Below, one piece after another: positions 36,925 through 48,800 of a stretch of 64,000 bases of DNA. Position numbers and translations under genes: made by a program. Origin of the DNA: Lama guanicoe (lineage: Eukaryota); the NCBI GenBank assembly GCA_013239625.1, contig MU053994.1, forward strand, positions 2,423,589 through 2,487,588, given 5' to 3'. Under the pieces are notes generated by a model. It was not told the DNA's origin. It did not search any database and saw only the letters and a program-made list of their open reading frames with translations. The first letter of the stretch is position 1; each line of letters begins with the position of its first letter.

Positions 36925-38500
36925 CCGGTCAGAAGTACAACCCGACGCCTGCAGACAGCGTCCGCAATAGCACGGGGCCCGCCCTCAGAAGGACTCCATG
37001 CTTGGTTTAAGCCGTCTTGAAATTCTTAATAATCTTTGAACCTGTGTTTCACAAGTGCCATTTGATGGGACAGTGGAGCACGTGCGCATAAGCAGCACCT
37101 CTAACACTGGGTAGCAGTAGCTCTGACTCTGCAGATGGCACAGCCCAAGCGATTCCCTGATGACCCCCGGCACTCATGCACACGTCCGGGCAGTCCGGGT
37201 CACCGCAGAGCCCTGAGGCCCAGATTTGGTGGTGCTGGTGGTGGTGGCAGCAGCGGAAGTAACAGCTGTGGCAGAGGAGAGAGGAGGGGCTCGTGTGGGG
37301 TTAGCCCTGGGACCTGCGGTGGGAGGCCAGCTTGCCCATCGCTACCTGGACCCCATTCCTGCAGCATCTGCACGGACATTAACTCTCCAGCCTGAGGGCC
37401 TGGACAGGAACTGCCCGAGTTCAGACAGTACACTTGGTTAGTAAATTATTAAAAAATAAAAGCGTGCGCATGGATGTGGCAATGAAGCATATCAGAGGGT
37501 TGTTGGAGGTTTTCAAAGAGTTCAGAAACTCGAGTTTTGAAAACCACCACAACATTGCATGACAAATATCCACAGGCTCAGAAATAGAAAATTAAATGTA
37601 AAGATCGTCAAATTCAACAGAGAAGGACACAATTTTCATAGGAAAGTTCAGATGAACCAATTATTAACAAAAAGGGCGATTTTTAAATTAAGTTTTCCTT
37701 GTAACTGAAGATACAATAATAGAATGCATAAACAGGCATTTGTGAATTAGCTATAAATCAGGAGGCCACTTCCAGTTTCTTCTGTGACTTCCACAAGTGA
37801 TAGGAAATGTCAGGCAAAAATCTTAAAATGCCTTTGTACAAATTTACATTTAAAATTAAGTTCAGACTGGCCTGAAACTAATTTGTATAGAGTTAAATTT
37901 TGGGGGACAAAAAAGTTCCATCAGAATCAGCAGCTCTAGACGTACTGAAATTTTTTGAATTTCAAAACATACTTTGAAATAATTGATTAGATGTGTATCC
38001 CAATGTTGTCACAACCTATGAAAATATCCTTAGCAGCTCTAGTAACAGTTGCATCAGCAGAAAGAGCCTTTTCAAAATTAAAAATTACCAAAGTTACCTG
38101 CAGTCTCCCGTTGGCCAAGAGTGACTGATGTTGCTTTCAATTTGAATTGATTGAAAGTGCAGGCGCTAAAAGTATACGTTTTGATGACCTCACAAATGAA
38201 TTTGCAGAAAAGTGAGCCAGAAAAATATGATCAGTCAAGATCACATTCATAAAGCATTATTTATTGTACTACATAATATTATGACACCAAAAATGTTATT
38301 GTTTGCAGTTTGTAAGTTTACATTGTGTATTCATGTATCACTGTTACTCCTATTGTGTTTTACAAGTAATAAGACATCTTTAAAGGAAGAAGCTTTATAT
38401 GTGTGTAACTTTAACAGTACATTTTCCCTGCTTCTGGAACAAGGGCACTGCACTTTGATTTTGAATGGAGGAGTCCCACGAGTTTTGTAGGCAACCCTGC
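36925..38500 (+). mobile_element. hAT-Tip100 element (MER45R/Zaphod-like) with a transposase remnant
   Basis: MER45-type ends (gccgtcttgaaattcttaataat; gaacaagggcactgcac...ttttgtaggcaaccctg); VTVASAERAFSKLKITK from 38042 matches the hAT dimerisation motif. Confidence 0.85.
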
Positions 38501-38584
38501 CTGCTGACTTGGCTTACCAAGTTTCCCAGGACAGATAAGTTAGGCCCCGTGGCCTCCAGGCCTAACACTGACTTTCACTCTTCT

Positions 38585-39345
38585 TTTTTTTTTTTTCCTG
38601 TTCTGAAATTTAAAAAAAAAAAACTTTTTAATTGAGGTATAGTTCATGTACAATATTATGTAAGTTACAGGTGTACACTATTATGTAAGTTACAGGTGTA
38701 CTCTATTATGTAAGTTACAGGTGTACAATATAGTGATTTAGAATTTTTAAAGGTTATACTCCAATTATAGTTGTTAAAAATATTGGCTATATTCCCTGTG
38801 TTGTACAGTGTATCTTTGTAGCTTATTTTAAACCTATTAGTTTGTACCTCTTAATTCCCTACCCCTCCATTTCCTCTCCCCCCTTCCCTCTCCCCACTGG
38901 TAACCACTAGTTTTTTCTCTATATCTGTGAGTCTGCTTCTGTCTTATTATTTTCACTAGTTTGCTGTATTTTTTAGATTCCACGTATAAGTGATATCATA
39001 CAGTATTTGTCTTTCTCTGGATGACTTACTTCACTTAGTATGATCATCTCTAGGTCCATCCATGATGCTGCAAACAGCAAATTTCATTCTTTTTTTTACG
39101 ACCGAGTAGTATTCTGTTGCATATATTTACACCACATCTTCCTTCTCCATTCAGCTGTTTGATGGACACTTAGGTTGTTTCTGTATCTTGGCAACTGGAA
39201 ATAATGCTGCTATGAACATTGGGGTGCATGTATCTTTTCAAAGTAGTGTTTTGGTATTTTTCAGATACATACTCAGGGGTGGAATTGCTGGCTTATATGG
39301 TAGTTCTGTTTTTAGTTTTTTGAGAAACCTCCGTACTGTTTTCTA
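38585..39345 (-). mobile_element. 5'-truncated L1 (3' end)
   Basis: attgaggtatagt...ccccactggtaaccactag...tttttgagaaacctccgtactgtttt. Confidence 0.9.
38647..38730. repeat. 25-bp tandem repeat, about 3 copies
   Basis: tattatgtaagttacaggtgtacac repeated three times. Confidence 0.9.
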
Positions 39346-41500
39346 GCCAGTAGCTAGAGCAACCTTAGTGAGAGAGAGCCCATGTGATGAGGCCAAAAAT
39401 AACCTCTGTCCCTGCTGCCATAACTACTTCATTCACATGCCTGTTACATCATCATGCCTGCATTGGGCTGGCCAGTGACATAGGATGGCTGATGTCAACT
39501 GGCGGAGGCATTTTGTCTACCTGGTTGTGTAGTGGCTCTTCTGCAGTCAGTGCTCTCTGGTGCATATTCACATGTGATCAAAGATCTTCGTATTTTGTGC
39601 ATACCCCCATAGGGCCCTCCCTCTGCATGCCTCTTCCCCAGATTTGTTTGTCCCTGATCTTCTAATCTGTCTCCTTTCTGAACTCTGAGCAACCAGCCTG
39701 GCCATTTGCTGCTGCCTCTGAGTCTATATATTTTCTTACCTCAGGCTACTTCTCTTTCTGCACATGGTAAATCATCAGGCACATTAGCTAGATCTCTGCC
39801 CATTGAGAGGATGTCACCTCACTTCTGTCTTCAGGGCCACCTCTGACTGAGTCTACAAAGGGGCAGCAATCCATCTGTGGCTTGTACCATCGAACCCAGT
39901 AGATCCATCCTGAACTCAAGCTCAGCCTTTCCCCTGATCCATCAGCTGGGCATTAGGGACCTGCCACATGTGGCCCTTTGAGGTCAGCTGGAGGAAGGAT
40001 GCTGGAGCAACAGTGATGGATAGCATGGCATCTAGCTCACCTGTTCATGCATTTTGTGCTCTCTGCTCCTACTTGCCTCCAACCCAGGAGTACCGTTCTC
40101 ATCGCACAGTGGATTGTGCTCAAATTTGGGGTTTGGTAGATCTTACAGTCCCAGCTCATAATGGGTGGTTATAGTCACAGAGTCCCTTGATATCCCATAG
40201 TCAGATGCTCCATCTCCGTCAAGGCCCAGTAGCAGGCAGGGAGCTGCTTTCTGAATAGTGTGGCATGGCCTTGCTCCAGAAGCAAGATCTAGGCACCTGC
40301 AATGTGACTCTTCTGTCGGAGCTGGCCATAAACCCTATCCAGCATCTTTTCCCACTGTGCTTATCTCATGTATCAGGCCGCAGAGTCCAAGCTACAGGGA
40401 TGCTGGCACCTCAGCCTGAACTGGCTGCAGAATTCCTTCCTGCTCTGGGTCCCACTCAACGCTGGCAGCCTTCTGGATCACTCACTTAATGGATATCCCC
40501 TGGGGAGACTTACCAAACATGGCACTCCTTTCTTAGTGGTGGGACGTGGCGAATGTGGCAAGTTGTTTTTTACTTCCTAGGGGATGTCCCAGCTCACTGG
40601 GTCCCTCAAACCTTCACCAGTGATGGTGGGGCCCTAATTTTCAGAGAGTGTATCTCCCACCGTCTGGAGCTCATGTGTCTTATCAAGACCTCCGACCTAC
40701 CACTTCTTGCCCATCTGGTAAGATGAACGTGATGTTAGCAACATGGTACATCCATGCCATGTTTTGCAGGATGTCCAGATGGTCCAGAGCCCTTGAGGTT
40801 ATGAGAGAGGGTGGGAAAGTTAACACAGCTCTGAAGCAAGACCATCCATGTCTACTGTTGTCCATACCACACAAATATAAGCCATTACAGGTGGAAAAAA
40901 ATATATTTGGCAGATCCATGGCAGATCACATATGTGCGCTGGAAATAAAGATACCACATTGAGCAATGCAGCTGCTACTGGGGCTGTTGCTTGATTAAGT
41001 GATCGACTCTCGTTCACCATGATCCACCTAGTTCTTTGAGGGGCTGGACTAGTGAATTAAATGGGGATATTTGGGGACCACCAACCCTGTATTCTTTAAA
41101 TCATTGAGGGTGGCCCTAATCTACCCAGCATGTGCTACTGCTTATGATTGACTGTCTTGGCTTGGTATGTGAAGGGGGCATTTCAGAGGCTTCCTCCTTG
41201 CCTTCCCCACTGTGATCACCCTTACTCCATAGGCCAAGGAACCAGATGGATGGGGGTTTTGTTAACCACTGAGTATATCCATTCCAATTAGGTACTTGGC
41301 GACTGGAGAAATGACCACTAGCTAGGTTCATAGACCCAATGGAGCTACCATCAGTCAGACCTGGGCCAGATCTCCATTTATTATCTGGCCCCCTTGTTCT
41401 TCTCATTCTAACGGGGCCCATGGTGGTGTTTTGTGTCCCTGGTATCACTGTTTGTACCAAAAAAAATCCCTGAAAAGTCTGCATAGTCTCATTTTTCTAA
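39346..41500 (-). mobile_element. ERVL-class internal remnant (protease, RT, RNase H)
   Basis: Degenerate QTFQG...TVIPG (protease), LNQATAPVAAALLNVVSL and DLPNIFFS...LDHLDILQN (RT) pieces. Confidence 0.75.
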
Positions 41501-41529
41501 GGCTCTGTTACCCAGGACTCTTCAGAAAA

Positions 41530-41827
41530 GGAAGGAGCCTCAACCAGTGAGAGGTGGAAGTTGATGGATAAGTCCCTCAGCTTTTTTGCTCATCAGGGAT
41601 GACAGTTCTGCTCTACGCCATCTTCCAAAGAGTCCCCAGTGCGATTGTGCCCCACTTGGCCACAGAGGTTACCCACTGTTCAGTTCACCCTCGATCGGCC
41701 TTCCTCCCTGCCCCGCCTCCCCTCTCGGGCCATCAGTGTGCTTCTTGGGACATCGTCCCAAGTGAACTCCTTGCACGCACATCTGTGTCTCAGGGTCTGC
41801 TTCTCGGAGACCCACACGAAGACGACA
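41530..41827 (+). mobile_element. LTR16-like fragment
   Basis: ggataagtccctcagctt...tgtctcagggtctgcttctcggagaccc. Confidence 0.65.
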
Positions 41828-43009
41828 TTGCTGAAATGAAGCGACCTGAGCGGTCACCCGTCTCCTCCTGACCGTTAAGTGCTTCCAGTCTGCTTGCCCA
41901 GCTCTGCAGGAAAGGGTCCATCAGCCTCCGTGGTAACCCGGTCTGATGTGCAGTTCCCATCGTCAGGCCCTGGCTTTTTATTCTCGACCCTTAGTCCCTC
42001 CCACTGGAATTTCAAACCACTTCATCATCTTAGGATTTTTTGTTTTTCTTTTCCTGAGCGGTGGAGAACAGCTGACCACCGACACTGGTGTAAGAGCCGC
42101 TTGTATACTTGAGCGTGGGGAATCATCTTCACGTCTCTGGGCTGAATCATCCCAGTTCTTTTCGAGAGTGCCCATCAGTCCCATTTTCCAGGCTTTCCAT
42201 CATCTTCGCAGCAGTGAGCTGTCACCCCCAGCTGCTCACCATAGACCAGCCTGCAGGCTTCCGGAGACCACCAGATGCGTGTTTTAACCTGAAGAAGTTC
42301 ACCCGGGGTGGGGGAGGTACCCCAGCTGCTGTAAATCATCTCCTCCCCAAAGCCAGAGAGCAGGCCGCAGCTTGCTGTGGAAGGCCATAAAACTTCTCTT
42401 CTTTAAAGAGCCCCTTTGTTGGGCATGTTCATTGTAGCAGGCGTGCAAGTCCACCAAGGGCCCATAAAACTTCGCCAGGCTTTGTACAGGTGACCCCACG
42501 TGCCTGCGCCTTAGCAGTCTCCCCCTTAAGCCCACAATGCAACTGCGGCTGGCTTCACCCAGCAACAGACTGGACTCAATTTGCCTTGTGATTTGTTTGT
42601 TAGCTTTACAAATGGCTTTTGAGGCCAGACCACCCCTCCAACCCCTGATGACTTAGGTGGAAGCTCCAGGACGTCCCCAGAAACTGGGGTTGGGGGAGGG
42701 GGCGGGCTCTCGAGTCTCCATGGAGATTTCAAAACAATTAACCTCAGGGAGGAAGCGTGGCTGCCCTTCAAGGGTGAGCCAGCTTTCAGATGCAGATTGG
42801 CTCTCCTGTGGCCAAAGGTATTTCGCCTCTTGCCCGCACCTGCGTGGTCCTGCGCCCTGAGAAGCCGCAAGGCCCTCACCTGCTCCCTGATGACTCCACT
42901 CCAGCCACCCGCCCAGCGTTGGCGAGCCAAGTCCAAGCAAAGCCAAATCGCAGGAGAAGGACACTGACCTCATACATAGCTTAGTGGTTAAGAGCACAGG
43001 CTTCAGACA

Positions 43010-43640
43010 GCTGCAGTAGAATGGATATTCATACAGTGGGATATAAAAGGACCAAGCAGGAGAGTAGTTCTTAAAAGTCCTCATCATAAGAAAAAAAAAA
43101 AAAACGTGTAATCCTGTGCGGTGAGGGATGTTAACTAGATTTGTTGTGGCGATCATTTTGTGACTATATATACATTGTGGCCGTATACACAAATGTCAAA
43201 TCGTTATGTTCTACACCTGAAACTAGCATAGTGTTCTATGTCAATTACACCTCCACTTAAAAAAATCACGATATGTGTTTTTTAAAAGGAACAAAGCATG
43301 GATACACACAACTACATGGGTGAATCACAGACGTTCTGCTGCGTGAAAGAAGCCAAACATATAAGAGTAAATACTACACGCTTCTATTTACATGAAGCTT
43401 AAAAGGGGGGCAACATTTAATCTGCGGTGGTAAAAGTGACACTAGCAGTTACCTCTGGGAGGCAAAGGGAGGTGGTATTAACTGGAAAGGGACACAGGAG
43501 AACTCTTTCGGGGGTGATAGAAGTCTTCCAGATCGTGATCCGAGTGCTGGTCACATAGGTATCTACACATATAAAAAGGAATCGAGCGCTTAAAATCTGT
43601 GCTCTTTCCTGGATGTGAAGTTTACATTAGTATAATATTG
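43010..43640 (+). mobile_element. Old L1 3' fragments (two nested pieces)
   Basis: cttaaaagtcctcatca...acacctgaaacta...tgtcaattacacctc; gcgtgaaagaagcca...gttacctctggg. Confidence 0.7.
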
Positions 43641-43656
43641 GGGGGGGGAAGCTCTG

Positions 43657-44022
43657 ACTTCTCACCGACAGAACTATGAGCTAATAAATGGCTGCTGTTT
43701 TAAGCTGATAAATTTGTGGCCATCTGTTACAGAGCCATAGAAAACCCCCACACCTCTAACACTGGCTCTGCCTCCAGTTTCCTGTGTGACCAACGGTATG
43801 TCACTTACCCTCTCTGAGCTTCAACTGCCACAGTTAATGAAAGCAATAACTCATCTCCTGCCTGCAGGATTCATGGGGAAAAAATCAAATTACTTAATGT
43901 ACGGGAAAGCACTTGCAAAGTTATAAAGTGGCTTATAAACAGAAAGTTTATTATTGTCATGTTAAAAATAAACCCCCAACTTTGACCACAGGAAATGATT
44001 TAGAATCAACCAACCCAGGGCT
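43657..44022 (+). repeat. Left arm of a ~370-bp inverted duplication
   Basis: Reverse complement of 45063-45435; 8 mismatches over 43921-44022 by manual comparison. Confidence 0.95.
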
Positions 44023-45062
44023 GATAAGCTCCTGTTTTGTTACAGCCATGGCAGCTGGATGTGGGTGTGTTCCGCGTTGGATCTGGTGAGCTTGGGGAAG
44101 AAATGTTGTCAGATTCACTCCTTCTGAACACTGCCACCTGCATGCCATTTTGTCTGTGCCCAGATTTGCTATAGGCAGATGCCTTCACATTTATTTACTA
44201 TTTTTTTTAACCTTCCAAAAGTAAATTACATAGGAATTTTCTTTTTCACTCGCTAGAAACTTCTACGCCCTCTGGAACCCTGCAGCTCTCCCTCTGATAG
44301 GAAAATACTGCCCTGTCAGATGACTCTGAACTAGACCCAAATCTTGTGGTTGTCGCCCTCTTAAAATATTATTATCACTGTATCTTTGTTTCACGAGTTA
44401 AAATCTTTAATGGATTAAAATATCTTTCACTTACAATGATCAAATTAGAGCATCATACTTAATCCATGAATCCATTCTTTTTTCTTTAAATTTTTTTCCT
44501 TTCTCCTCCTGCCCACACATGTCCCCCTCCGCCCCCGTCCCCATGCTCCCAATAGAGTTATAGCGTACTTTTGATCGGATCACTATTCAGTGTTTATCTT
44601 ATTAAATGTTTAAATGTTTTGTAAATATTTTGCACAGCTAATCCATGTAGTGAATGATGGTTATTGCTTTTTTTCCCCTTGCACAATCCTTCCCCTGGAG
44701 TTAATAGTCATCTGGCTTTTGGGGTTCTTGGTTTTCTATGTATTTATCAGTAATGCAACTGTAAACTTTGCCAGATGTCTGAAACTCCTCTGAAGACATT
44801 CAGACACGTCAAGTATTTGATCGAGTTCATCTTGTGGAAAATCTCTCTCCTGGAGCCTTCTGATCTGCCCCGATCTGGACGAATTATGTACTGAGCGCAT
44901 GTTCCATGCCACGTGCTATGATATTTGAAGCTCACAACAATCTTAGGAGGTTCATATTTGTATACCCAGGACATTAACTCTTAAAGAGGTTAAATAACCC
45001 CATCAAAAGGTGGCTAATCAGTGGAAGAACCAGGGCTTTGGCCCATGATGGTTTAACTCCAA

Positions 45063-45435
45063 AGCTCTGGGTTGGTTGATTCCAAATCATTTCCTGTGGT
45101 CAAAGTTGGGGGGTTATTTTTAACGTGACAATAATAAGCTTTCCATTTATAAGCCGCTTTATAACTTTGCAAGTGCTTTCATGTACATTAAGTAATTTGA
45201 TTTTCCCATGAATCCTGCAGGCAAGAGATGAGTTACTGTTTTCATTCATTGTGACAGCTGAAGTTCAGAGAGGGTAAGTGATAAACCGTTGGTCACACAG
45301 GAAACTGGAGGCAGAACGAATGTTTTAGAACCACCAAGGTGTGTGGGTTTTCTATGGCTCTGTAACAGATGGCCACAAATTTATCAGTTTAAAACAACAG
45401 GCATTTATTAGCTCATAATTCTGTAGGTCAGAAGT
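45063..45435 (-). repeat. Right arm of the inverted duplication (unique sequence, MIR-like piece and MLT terminus)
   Basis: gggttggttgattccaaatcatttcctgtggtcaaagttggg pairs with cccaactttgaccacaggaaatgatttagaatcaaccaaccc. Confidence 0.95.
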
Positions 45436-45800
45436 GGGGGCCCAACGTGTCTGGATTCTCAGCTCACAAGGCTAAAATCAAGGTGTCGGCGGCCAGAGCT
45501 GTGATCTCGCCTAGAGCTCAGGGTTCCCTTTCAGGCTCATTCAAGTTGCTGGCAGGATTCATTTCTTGTAGTCGTAGGACTGAGGTGCCCATTTTCTTGC
45601 TGGCTATTGACCAGAGGTCACTCTCAGCTCCTAGAAACCACTTTCAGATTCTTGCCACGTGGCCCCAACCCCCTTTAAAGCCAGGAATGGAGAATCTCCC
45701 TGACACCAAGTATCTTTCAGATGTTGGACCCTTCTCAGTAGAAGCCCTGTCCCTTTTTAAGGACTCATCTGATTAGGTCAGGCTCACCCAGGATAATCTC
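45338..45800 (-). mobile_element. MLT1 LTR, first part; continues at 53421
   Basis: ggctctgtaaca...ccacaaattta...ctgattaggtcaggctcacccaggataatctc. Confidence 0.85.
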
Positions 45801-48800
45801 TCACCACCTCCCACCTTATTAAATTGAAGTCTAGTTGATTTACAATATTATGTTAACTTCAGGTGTACAGCATAGTGATTCAGATTTTTTATTTTTTTTG
45901 CAGATTGTATTCCATTATAGGTTATTACAAGATATTGGGTATAATTCCCTGTGTTGTACAGTAAATCCTTGTTGCTTACTTATTTTATGTACACTAGTTT
46001 GTATCTGTTAATCCCATACTCCTAATTTGTCCCTCCCTACCTCCTTCTCCCCTTTGGTAACCACACGTTTGTTTTCTATGTCTGTGAGTCTGTTTCTGCT
46101 TTGTATATAGATTCACTTGTATTATTTTTTAGAGTCCACATATAAGTAATACCATATAGTATTTGTCTTTCTCTGTCTGACTTATTTCAATGAACATAAT
46201 GGTCTCTACATCCACCCACATTGCTGCAAATGGCAATATTCTTTTTTATGGCTGAGTAATATTCCATTGTATATTTATATCACATTTTCTTTTACCTTTT
46301 TTTTTTTTTTGCAAAGACTACAAAGATTTAATTTAAAATCACAGTGTCTTAGCCAGGATGCCCACCTGGAGGGGCATTCCCCAAACCCAGAGTTCCTCAA
46401 GGGGCGCCTCCAGGCTCAGTAGGGAGGAGTGGGCAGGGCTGACACTGGGCCCCTCTGCTTCCCTCTGGAGGGTGAGGACCAGCTCTCATGTGTTCACTGG
46501 GGCAGGCTCTGCCGCTACCACCGCTGTCAGCTCCTTCTGTGCCAGCTCCAGCTCGTCCTCCTCATCCTGGGGAGGGTAGACCAGAACCTTGTCTAAGATG
46601 CCAAACTCCTGAGTCTCCATGGGGCTCATGTAATGGTGCCTCTCCATGGTGAACTCGATCACCTGCAGGCTCTGTTTGGTGTGCTTGGCGTGGATGCTGT
46701 ACAGCTGCTTCTTGAGTTTCATGATCTCCTCCGCCAGGATGGTGATGTCTGTGACTTGGCCCTGGGTGCCCCCGGAGGGCTGGTGGTTCATGATGCGGGA
46801 GTTGGACCCGTCTGCTCTACTGCCATGGGAATGAGCCCGAGAGCCCAGGCCATCATCGCGTGCAGGCTCTGCTGCAGGGCCAGGCGGTTGTCCCACATCT
46901 GCTGCTGGGGAAATCCAGCCACGAGGCGAGGCCCCAGCGTGGGGCACCAGCCTGCCGCCATCTGGCCCCCCACCACCAATATTTGGGGCCACATCACTCC
47001 ACATGTCAGTCGCGGCTTCTGAATGGTGGCGGGACTATGACTCTCTGCGTGCTTTGCGCCCACAGCACTTGCTCACATGACCCTATACTGCTTTTTCTTA
47101 AACTAGTCTGTTGATGGGCACTTGGGTTGTTTGCATGTCGTGGTGATTGTAAACAGTGCTGCTATGAACAATGGAGTGCATGTATCTTTTCAAATTAGAG
47201 TTTTCGTCTTTTCCGAATATATACCCAAGAGTGGGATTGCTGGATCATGTGGTAACTCTATTTTTAATTTTTTAAAGTAACCTCCATACTGTTTTCCATG
47301 GTGGCTGCACCAATCTACACTCCCACCAACAGTGTAGGAGGGTACCCTTTTCTCCACACCCTCTCCAGCATTTATTTGTAGACTTTTTGATGATGGCCAT
47401 TCTGACCCCTGTAAGGTGATACCTCATTGCGGTTTTGATTTGCAATTCTCTAATAATTAGCAATGTTGAGAATCTTTTCATGTGCCTGTTGGCAATCTGT
47501 AGGTCATTATTGGAGGAATGTCTATTTAGGACTTCTGCCCATTTTTTGATTGGGTAGTTTGTTTTTTCGATATTGAGTTGCATGAGATGTTTGTATATTT
47601 TGGATATTAACGCCTTGTCAGTTGCATCATTTGCAAATATTTTCTCCCATTCTGTAGGTTTTCTTTTCATTTTGTTGATGGTTTTCCCCTTGCTATGCAA
47701 AAGCTTTTAAGTTTGATTAGGTCCTATTTGTTTAGTTTTGCTTTTATTTCTTTTGCCTTGGGAGACTGACCTAAGAAAATATTGCTATGGTTTATGTCAG
47801 AGAATGCTTTGCTTGGTTCTCTTCTAGTTGTCTTATGGTGTCATGTCTTATATTTACGTCTTTAAACCATTTCGAGTTTATTTTTGTATATGCTATGAGG
47901 GAGTGTTCTGACTTCATTGATTTACACGCGGCTGTCCAGCTTTCCCAACACCACTTGCTGAAGAGACTCTCTCTTCTCCATTGTATATTCTTGCCTCCTT
48001 TGTTGAAGATTAATTGACTATAGGTGTGTGTATTTCTTTCTGGGCTCTCTATTCTGTTTTATTGATCTATATTTCTGTTCTTGTGCCAATACCATGCTGT
48101 TTTGATTATTGTAGCTTTGTACAGTATTACTGTATCATCTCAAGTGTGGGAGGGTTATGCCTCTAGCTTTGTTCTTTTTTTCTCAGGATTCTTTTGACAA
48201 TTCTGGGTCTTTGTGGTTCCATATAAATTTTAGGATTATTTGTTCTAGTTCTGTGAGAAATGTCCTGGGTATTTTCATAGGGATTGCATTAAATCTGTAG
48301 ATTGCTTTGGGTAGTATGACCATTTTGACAATATTAATTCTTCCAATCCAAGAGCATGGATTATCTTTCCATTTCTTTGAATTGCCTTCCGTTTCCTTTA
48401 TCAGTGTTTTATAGTTTTCAGCATATAGATCTTTTACCTCCTTAGTTAAGTTTATTCCTAGGTATTTTATTTTTTTGACATAATTTTAAACAGGGCTATT
48501 TTTTAACTTTCTCTTTATGACATTTCATTGTTAGTGTAAAGAAATGCAATAGGTTTATGTATATTAATCTTGTGTCCTGATACCTTGCTGAATTCGTATA
48601 TTCGTTCTAAGTTTTTGTGTGGAGAATTTAGGGTTCATCTGCAGATAGTGAGAGTTTTACCTCTTCCCTTCCAGTTGGGCTATCTTTTATTTCTTTTTAT
48701 TATCTGATTGCTGTGGCAAAGACTTCCAATACTATGTTGAACAGAAGCAGTGAGAGTGGGCATCCTTGTCTTGTTCCTGAACTTAGCAGGAAGGTTTCAG

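Noticed and set aside
38647..38730. CRISPR-like array
   Set aside because: Head-to-tail repeats with no spacers, in mammalian L1 sequence.
43657..45435. Novel DNA transposon with long TIRs
   Set aside because: No transposase remnant or TSD seen; the arms are mosaics of older repeats and the right arm continues seamlessly into its MLT.
46486..46994. Functional CLPP gene or a bacterial clpP transfer
   Set aside because: It is intronless with poly(A), frameshifted and lacks the catalytic Ser, and it has the mammalian N- and C-terminal extensions.
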